DNA from: an uncultured Akkermansia sp.
Lineage (GTDB): Bacteria; Verrucomicrobiota; Verrucomicrobiia; Verrucomicrobiales; Akkermansiaceae
Length of the DNA stretch: 64,000 nt
Reading direction: 5' to 3'
Assembly: GCA_947589345.1 (NCBI GenBank)
Contig: CANQAC010000001.1
Coordinates: forward strand, 54,757 to 118,756
The position numbers were made by a program, and so were the translations under genes. The notes below the pieces were generated by a model that was not told where the DNA came from, searched no databases, and worked only from the letters and a program-made list of their open reading frames with translations. Positions 57,852 to 64,000 of this stretch are shown here, one piece after another; position 1 is the first letter of the stretch; each line of letters starts with the position of its first letter.

Positions 57852-60431
57852 ATGATGAACAACAACCTGACCACTAAAATGATGGAAAGCCTGCAAGCGG
57901 CGCAGCGTGCGTCGCAGGCGGCGGGCCGGGCAGAAATACTACCCGCGGAAGTCTTGTTGGCACTGCTTAGGCAAGAGGGCGGTATCGTGAGAGCGGTGCT
58001 ACAGAAAGCCGGGGCGGATGCTGCGCGTCTCGAAACCGGGCTGGAGAGTGTGCTGAGCCGTCAGCCGCGGCAGCAGGGCGCTGTGGCAAGCAGTCCGGGC
58101 ATTGGCGCAGCGCTGGATCGCGTACTCAACGCAGCAGAGGAGCAGCGCAAGGTCATGAAGGATGATTACCTGAGCGCCGAACATTTCTTACTTGGCGTAT
58201 ACAAGGCAGATGAGGCGTTGGCTAAGCTGTTGGCAGAATGTGGCATGCCGCAGGAGAAATACCTGCAAGCGCTCAAGGATGTGCGAGGCAACCAGCGTAT
58301 TACAGATCAGGATCCGGAGGAAAAATACCAGACTTTGGAGAAATACGGTACGGATCTGACAGCCCGTGCCCGACAAGGCAAGATTGACCCTGTCATCGGC
58401 CGGGATGCGGAAATTCGCCGCGTGTTGCAAATCCTCTCTCGCCGTACAAAAAACAACCCGGTGCTTATCGGGGAGCCCGGCGTGGGCAAGACGGCGATCG
58501 CGGAAGGTCTTGCGCGCCGCATTGTGAATGGCGATGTGCCCGAGGGCATGAAGAACAAGCGTCTCGTTTCACTCAATATCGGTTCCATGCTTGCCGGCGC
58601 CAAGTACCGTGGCGAGTTTGAGGAACGACTCAAGGCGTTCATCAAAGAAGTGAGCGCTTCCGAAGGGCAGATTATCCTGTTCATTGATGAGTTGCACACG
58701 CTGGTTGGCGCCGGGGCAGGGGGAGACAGTTCCATGGACGCTGCCAACTTGCTCAAGCCGGCTCTGGCACGCGGCGAGCTGCGTACAATTGGCGCCACCA
58801 CGCTGGATGAGTACCGCAAGTACATTGAGAAGGATGCTGCTTTGGAACGCCGCTTCCAGCCTGTTTTTGTGGCTGAACCGAGCGTTGAGGATACAATTGC
58901 TATTCTGCGTGGCCTCAAGGAGCGCTACGAGGTACACCACGGTGTACACATTACCGACAGCGCTCTCGTGGCGGCCGCCACCTTGAGCAATCGCTACATT
59001 ACCGACCGTTTTCTGCCGGATAAGGCGGTGGATTTGGTGGATGAAGCTGCCGCTCGTCTCAAAATTGAACTGGATAGCATGCCCTCGGAAATTGATGAAC
59101 TCAGCCGCACCGGCATGCAGCTGGAGATGGAGCGACAGGCATTGGAAAAAGAAAAGGACGAAGCTTCTCGCGAACGATTGGAAAAAATCACCAGGGAATT
59201 GGCCGATAATAAGGAAAAAACGTCCGCCTTGCTTGCGCGTTGGAAGAGTGAGCAGCAGGTGGTGCAGCGTGCCCGCGAAGCTCAGCAAAAAATTGACACC
59301 TTACGCACTCAGGCCGAGCAGGCTGAGCGCAAGGGAGAACTCTCTCGCGCTTCCGAAATCAAGTACGGCGAGCTGCCCGCTGCCGAGCTTTCCCTGAACG
59401 AAGCTCGTAAAGCGTTAGCAGACCTGCAGAGCAGCGGTGACGGTTTGCTCAAGGAGGAAGTGACCGAGGTCGATATAGCCAAAGTCGTCTCCTCATGGAC
59501 CGGCATTCCCGCCGCCAAACTTGCTGAGGGAGAACGTGAAAAGCTTGTGCACATGGAGGAGCGTTTGGGACGACGATTGATCGGTCAGAAGAATGCGGTA
59601 AAGGCTGTGTCAGATGCGGTGCGTCGCTCTCGCGCGGGTCTCCAGGATGAGCATCGTCCCCTTGGTTCATTCATTTTCCTGGGGCCAACCGGCGTAGGCA
59701 AAACGGAATTGGCCAAGGCTCTTGCTGAGTTCCTGTTTGATGACGAGGCGGCCATGGTGCGCATCGATATGTCTGAGTACATGGAGAAGCACAGTGTGTC
59801 GCGCCTCATCGGGGCGCCTCCGGGGTATGTGGGGTATGATGAAGGCGGGCAACTCACGGAGGCTGTGCGCCGTCGCCCTTACAGTGTAGTTCTTTTCGAT
59901 GAAATTGAGAAGGCCCATCCGGATGTCTTCAATGTGCTGTTGCAAGTGCTCGACGATGGACGAATCACCGATGGACAGGGGCGCACGGTAGACTTCACGA
60001 ACACTGTGCTCATTATGACCAGCAACATTGGTTCGCGTTTTATCCTGGATGAGCAGGATGTGGCTACCCGCAATGAAAAGGCTCTTGATGCTCTGCGTGG
60101 ACATTTCCGTCCGGAGTTTCTTAACCGAGTGGATGATATGATCATCTTCGATCGACTCGGTGCGGATGACCTCAAACAAATCGTCAACATTCAATTGGAT
60201 CGTGTTCGCAAACGTTTGGCTGCGCGCAGTATGAAGTTGGAGCTCACCGATGCTGCGGCGGATTTGGTAGCCGGCCACGGGTTTGACCCCGTGTATGGCG
60301 CGCGACCTCTCAAGCGAGCGATACAGCGTGATATTCTCGACCCGCTGAGTATTGCCATACTTGAAGGGCGGTATAGCGATGGCAGTACCATTCGGGTGGA
60401 TGTGCGAGACGGCCGGATATCTTTCGAGTGA
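57852..60431 (+). CDS. clpB: ATP-dependent chaperone ClpB
   Basis: Two AAA+ modules ([16 protein letters not shown]), coiled-coil M domain, GARPLKR. Confidence 0.97.
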   Translation: MMNNNLTTKMMESLQAAQRASQAAGRAEILPAEVLLALLRQEGGIVRAVLQKAGADAARLETGLESVLSRQPRQQGAVASSPGIGAALDRVLNAAEEQRKVMKDDYLSAEHFLLGVYKADEALAKLLAECGMPQEKYLQALKDVRGNQRITDQDPEEKYQTLEKYGTDLTARARQGKIDPVIGRDAEIRRVLQILSRRTKNNPVLIGEPGVGKTAIAEGLARRIVNGDVPEGMKNKRLVSLNIGSMLAGAKYRGEFEERLKAFIKEVSASEGQIILFIDELHTLVGAGAGGDSSMDAANLLKPALARGELRTIGATTLDEYRKYIEKDAALERRFQPVFVAEPSVEDTIAILRGLKERYEVHHGVHITDSALVAAATLSNRYITDRFLPDKAVDLVDEAAARLKIELDSMPSEIDELSRTGMQLEMERQALEKEKDEASRERLEKITRELADNKEKTSALLARWKSEQQVVQRAREAQQKIDTLRTQAEQAERKGELSRASEIKYGELPAAELSLNEARKALADLQSSGDGLLKEEVTEVDIAKVVSSWTGIPAAKLAEGEREKLVHMEERLGRRLIGQKNAVKAVSDAVRRSRAGLQDEHRPLGSFIFLGPTGVGKTELAKALAEFLFDDEAAMVRIDMSEYMEKHSVSRLIGAPPGYVGYDEGGQLTEAVRRRPYSVVLFDEIEKAHPDVFNVLLQVLDDGRITDGQGRTVDFTNTVLIMTSNIGSRFILDEQDVATRNEKALDALRGHFRPEFLNRVDDMIIFDRLGADDLKQIVNIQLDRVRKRLAARSMKLELTDAAADLVAGHGFDPVYGARPLKRAIQRDILDPLSIAILEGRYSDGSTIRVDVRDGRISFE

Positions 60432-60480
60432 GAGCAGGGCAAAGTCTAACTCTGTAAGTTATTCAACTATTCGGCAACGT

Positions 60481-60507
60481 GTGGGGTCTGTGCCCTTCAG
60501 ACCCCAC
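60481..60507. other. Perfect 10-bp-arm palindrome/hairpin without a U tail
   Basis: GTGGGGTCTG-TGCCCTT-CAGACCCCAC, 10 nt upstream of ATG 60518. Confidence 0.85.
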
Positions 60508-60517
60508 GTGATTGTAT

Positions 60518-60808
60518 ATGAGAAACAGGAATATCACTCGCTACACGTACGAAAACACCGATTTCCAAGGCTGGAGAGTCAGCATTCAGCGCTGCGGGCG
60601 GATCATCACCCGTTATTTTTCCGACCTGCAGTACGGCTCAGAGGAAGAATCATACCGCCGCGCGGTAGACTACCGGGACGAGGTGTTTGCCGAAATGGCG
60701 CGCCATCGCCACGATTTGCCGGATTACATGGATTCGGAGCTGGCTCACTTGCAGGATTTGCTGCGTCAGAAAGAAACGTCCGCTTCATACGCCCGACGCC
60801 GGAGCTGA
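60518..60808 (+). CDS. Stand-alone AP2-like DNA-binding domain protein
   Basis: GWRVSIQRCGRIITRYFSDLQYGSEEESYRRAVDYRD: three-strand plus helix pattern of bacterial AP2 domains. Confidence 0.6.
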   Translation: MRNRNITRYTYENTDFQGWRVSIQRCGRIITRYFSDLQYGSEEESYRRAVDYRDEVFAEMARHRHDLPDYMDSELAHLQDLLRQKETSASYARRRS

Positions 60809-61189
60809 GCTCACCATAGGCTTCAGTTTACGCTTCAGTTCTCCGTTCTTAAAGAAATACGCTTTTTCAATGCGTTGCAACTGCACCATTGTATCTTCCA
60901 AGATGGTAATGAGCGGCTGCTTGATGCCGGGCGTGTTGTCAATGTAGCGCCATAGCGCCGCTTCATCCGCTTGCGTGTAGAGCTTGCGTAACTCTTGCTG
61001 CACCTTATCCAGCGCCGGCAGAGCCGCTTGCGCGCTTGCGTCACTGGTCACACTCTGTAAGACTTCCAGTTGCTCCCGCAGAGATTTTTCCAGCTGTACG
61101 CACATCTCCTCTTCTTCCTCCGCATGCGCTGTACACACCATGTACACGCAGCACATCATCAGGGCAGGGAGTGTCCACCGCAGATTCAT
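60785..61189 (-). CDS. Exported hypothetical protein
   Basis: Signal peptide ending TAHA; TTGACA-N17-TATGAT-N7-ATG(61189). Confidence 0.75.
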   Translation of the reverse strand: MNLRWTLPALMMCCVYMVCTAHAEEEEEMCVQLEKSLREQLEVLQSVTSDASAQAALPALDKVQQELRKLYTQADEAALWRYIDNTPGIKQPLITILEDTMVQLQRIEKAYFFKNGELKRKLKPMVSSAPASGV

Positions 61190-61309
61190 GCTCGGTATCA
61201 TATCTTTCCGCTTTGGGTCTGTCAACCGTCAATTTAGCAAAGCATACGCATTTTATGCTGGAAATATGGGGACAAATGTGCCATAATGAGACCCGTAACA
61301 GGGAGAATC

Positions 61310-62047
61310 ATGAGTGAGACTGCCAGCAATACTGTGCCTTACAAGCGAATTTTGCTCAAGCTGAGCGGGGAGGCTTTGCGCGCACCCGGCAGCCGGGATA
61401 ATATATCGCCGGAGATCGTGGCCCGCATTGCGCGCGAGATAGCTGAGGCTCAGCAAAAGGCCGGTTTGCAGATTGCGATTGTGGTGGGTGGCGGCAACAT
61501 TTGGCGTGGCGCTAAGGCCAGCGTGCGCGGGATGGATCGCCCCACGGCGGATTACGTGGGCATGCTCGCCACGGTGATGAACGCATTATCTATTTGCTCG
61601 GCCGTGCAGGAGGCGGGGGTGCCGTGTCATGTGATGAGCGCCATTGAGATGAAGAATGTGGCTGAACCTTACGTGCGGAATATGGCGCGAGATCTTCTGA
61701 GAGCCGGGCAAGTGGTGGTTTTTGCTGCCGGTACAGGAAATCCGTTCTTCAGCACGGATACTGCGGCGGCTCTCCGCGCGTGCGAGGTAAACGCCCAGAT
61801 CGTTATGAAGGCTACCTCAGTGGATGGTGTGTACACTGCGGATCCGAAGGTAGACCCGCATGCCACACGCTTTAATACGATCACCTACGAGGAATGCATT
61901 GCTCGCGAGCTTAAGGTAATGGATCAGACGGCGTTTACTTTGTGCAAGGACAACAAGAAGCCGATCATGGTGTTTGATATGCATCAGCCCGGCAATATCA
62001 CGCGTGCGCTGCTTGGTGAGCAGATAGGCTCCATCATCAGTGTGTAA
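61310..62047 (+). CDS. pyrH: UMP kinase
   Basis: RILLKLSGEAL, VVGGGNIWRG, GMLATVMN, GTGNPFFSTD, VMDQTA. Confidence 0.97.
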   Translation: MSETASNTVPYKRILLKLSGEALRAPGSRDNISPEIVARIAREIAEAQQKAGLQIAIVVGGGNIWRGAKASVRGMDRPTADYVGMLATVMNALSICSAVQEAGVPCHVMSAIEMKNVAEPYVRNMARDLLRAGQVVVFAAGTGNPFFSTDTAAALRACEVNAQIVMKATSVDGVYTADPKVDPHATRFNTITYEECIARELKVMDQTAFTLCKDNKKPIMVFDMHQPGNITRALLGEQIGSIISV

Positions 62048-62081
62048 CTTTTCCCCTTAACCCTATACCCCAAACACAATT

Positions 62082-62648
62082 ATGGATGAAGAAACGCTAC
62101 TCCTGGAAGTAGAGACGGCGATGGATGAGGCCCTCAGCCGCATGGGTGAGGAGTTTGCCGGTGTTCGCACCGGGAAAGCCTCCCCCTCTCTCGTGGATAA
62201 TATGGACGTTTTTGTAGCTTCTTACGGCACAAGTATGAAACTAAAAAGTCTGGCTGTAGTCAGCACGCCGGATGCCCGCTCCATTCTTATCCAGCCTTTT
62301 GATCCCGGTACACTCAACGATATCAAAAAGGCCATAGCCGAGAGCCGTCTCAACATCGCGCCTGTCATTGATGCGCGTTCTGTTCGCCTTCCCATCCCGG
62401 AACTGTCCGGAGAGCGTCGTAAAGAACTCGTCAAATATGTCAAGAGTCTGGCCGAGGAATCGAAGGTGCGCGTGCGTGCTGCCCGCAAAACCGGTATGGA
62501 CGGCGTGAAAAAGCTCAAGGCAGACAATGTACTCACCGAGGACGGCGTGCGCCTGGCTGAGGACAAAGTACAGAAGCTCACCGATAAATATGTGAAGAAG
62601 ATAGACGAGCAAGTTGAGGCGAAAGAAAAAGAGATTATGACAGTGTAA
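62082..62648 (+). CDS. frr: Ribosome recycling factor
   Basis: VRTGKASPSL, IQPFD, LPIPELSGERRKELVK, KEKEIMTV; follows pyrH. Confidence 0.97.
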   Translation: MDEETLLLEVETAMDEALSRMGEEFAGVRTGKASPSLVDNMDVFVASYGTSMKLKSLAVVSTPDARSILIQPFDPGTLNDIKKAIAESRLNIAPVIDARSVRLPIPELSGERRKELVKYVKSLAEESKVRVRAARKTGMDGVKKLKADNVLTEDGVRLAEDKVQKLTDKYVKKIDEQVEAKEKEIMTV

Positions 62649-62672
62649 CCCCCATCCCCCCGAAAAAATCAT

Positions 62673-62993
62673 ATGAGTACTCCACAGACAAACGTGTTGG
62701 CATCCGGTATTGAGATTGTCGGAACTATCCGTTTCCAGAACGATATGCACATCGATGGTAAAATTGACGGCAAGATTGAGTCTGAGTCCGGCAAGGTTAC
62801 CATCGGCGAGAAGGCTGATATCAAGGGCAATATCAAGGCCGGTGAGGTCTATGTGTACGGGCATGTAGATGGCAACGTGCACAGTGACCGTTGCCACTTG
62901 CATGGGCAAGCTATCGTGAATGGTGACATCACTACTTCCCGACTCTCCATGGATGAAGGCGCTCGCCTCAGAGGCCGCGCCGAGATCGGTTAA
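62673..62993 (+). CDS. Bactofilin (polymer-forming cytoskeletal protein)
   Basis: IDGKIDG.I, GNIKA..VYVYG.VDGNV, VNGDITTSRLSMDEGA beta-helix repeats. Confidence 0.9.
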   Translation: MSTPQTNVLASGIEIVGTIRFQNDMHIDGKIDGKIESESGKVTIGEKADIKGNIKAGEVYVYGHVDGNVHSDRCHLHGQAIVNGDITTSRLSMDEGARLRGRAEIG

Positions 62994-63016
62994 CTACTCT
63001 CAAAGAATCTTCCATG

Positions 63017-63052
63017 GCAAGGGGGGAGATTTCATTCCTCCCTTGCTTTTTT
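63017..63052 (+). terminator. Rho-independent terminator of pyrH-frr-bactofilin
   Basis: GCAAGGGGGGA-N8-TCCTCCCTTGC followed by T6. Confidence 0.85.
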
Positions 63053-63414
63053 GTACCCTCTTCCCCCAGAAAAGAGAGGGAAACTGCGTGGAACGAAAGC
63101 TGGCGTGTTCCCGGGGACATCTCGTTCTTTTTCTGCCCGATGGTGGGTAAAAAACGGCTGGTTGTGACCGTGGCTCGGGCTGCCTTTTAAAGCGCCCCAT
63201 TTTTTAGTTGCAACGTCGGGTAGGGTACGGTGTTCTTTGCCCGCGTCGTGCAGATCCCTTTCGGATAGTAAGTGGTACCTTATTCACATCACCAAAAGCC
63301 ATCGTATCGGTGACAGGAGCTTTTTTTCAATAAGGGGGAATTGGGCGCGTTGTAAGGATGGGAAAGCGAGGCGGGAACATCTGACGGCGCCTATTTAGAA
63401 TGCGTGACCGGGGA

Positions 63415-64000
63415 TCACCTTCGCGCGTGGGCGGTGGCGGAGACGGCAGATGTGTTGGGGAGAACGAACTTGCGGAGTTGCACCGTGGCGGCCGTTGCGC
63501 CGAACTCCCGCACACAACAGGCGGCGAGTTTGTGCGCCAGCGTTTCCAGCAGCAGAGAAGGTGCTGCCTGAGCCAGTTGAATGAGGCGGCGGGAGAGTGC
63601 ATCGTAGTCGATCGTACGCGTGATATCGTCCTGCATGTCGCCGAAGGGGAGGGGAGGGGTGATCGAGACCTCCGCCTGCACGGGCTGGGGCGTGGCGCGC
63701 TCGCTTTCCGGAACACCCAGACAGCAAGTGAAGGAGAGTTCATGCAGCTGCACTTGATCCTGAGGGAGAGAGCCATCGCCACGCTGCATGAGCGCCTGCA
63801 AAGCGCCCAGGTGCGGCACCACGAGATCGGGGACAGCCTCGCAGAGCTGGGCGGCATTGTTGTAGCCGGTCAGCACACCGATGGCAAAGACTCCGGCGCA
63901 GTGGGCGGCCGCCATGTCGTGCTGCATATCGCCGATGAAAGCGGTCTGGTGCGGGTCGAGACCATGCTGGGCAAGAAGGGTGTGGATGTGAGCCTCCTTA
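63415..64000 (-). CDS. folB: HAD-family hydrolase fused to dihydroneopterin aldolase (5'-partial)
   Basis: Frame stays open to the window edge: ...TAFIGDMQHDMAAAHCAGVFAIGVLTGY (HAD motif IV), then FolB motifs LGVPESER..PQPV, TIDYD, LLETLA, LRKFVLP. Confidence 0.88.
   Translation of the reverse strand, partial: KEAHIHTLLAQHGLDPHQTAFIGDMQHDMAAAHCAGVFAIGVLTGYNNAAQLCEAVPDLVVPHLGALQALMQRGDGSLPQDQVQLHELSFTCCLGVPESERATPQPVQAEVSITPPLPFGDMQDDITRTIDYDALSRRLIQLAQAAPSLLLETLAHKLAACCVREFGATAATVQLRKFVLPNTSAVSATAHARR

Noticed and set aside
1-64000. CRISPR arrays, rRNA genes, intact IS elements, prophage genes, CIRCE upstream of clpB
   Set aside because: No regularly spaced 25-45 bp repeats, rRNA signatures, DDE or tyrosine recombinase motifs, phage structural genes or TTAGCACTC-N9-GAGTGCTAA were seen.

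Overview
64 kb of a bacterial chromosome, most likely an Akkermansia-like member of Verrucomicrobiota. This is inferred from gene content: B-type L36, a GFTLIEL pilin-like gene, small beta-barrel OMP paralogs, a PA14-like membrane protein and canonical sigma70 promoters. Most of the window is housekeeping: SNF2 helicase (runs off the left edge), 2-oxoacid dehydrogenase E1a/E1b/E2, lpxI, aguA, aroC, ybeY, tadA, secA, argA, metX, rpmJ, pepP, lysA, ligA, tRNA-Thr(TGT), tyrA, clpB, pyrH, frr, bactofilin and a HAD-FolB fusion (runs off the right edge). An accessory island of about 13 kb (13.1-26.2 kb) carries a type III R-M system and three AT-rich candidate defence genes, with modules bracketed by two pairs of direct repeats. 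The most notable signals are: (1) a 134-bp segment between perfect 18-bp inverted repeats upstream of an OMP gene, whose inversion would rebuild the TTGACA-N18-TATACT promoter seen intact on the neighbouring paralog (an invertible promoter, OFF in this sequence); (2) a lone four-helix-bundle gene embedded in ATCGTAA heptamer arrays; (3) a G11 tract next to another OMP promoter; (4) many leaderless promoters. No CRISPR array, rRNA, intact transposase, integrase or reverse transcriptase was seen. All family assignments come from motif recognition by eye; no database searches were run.
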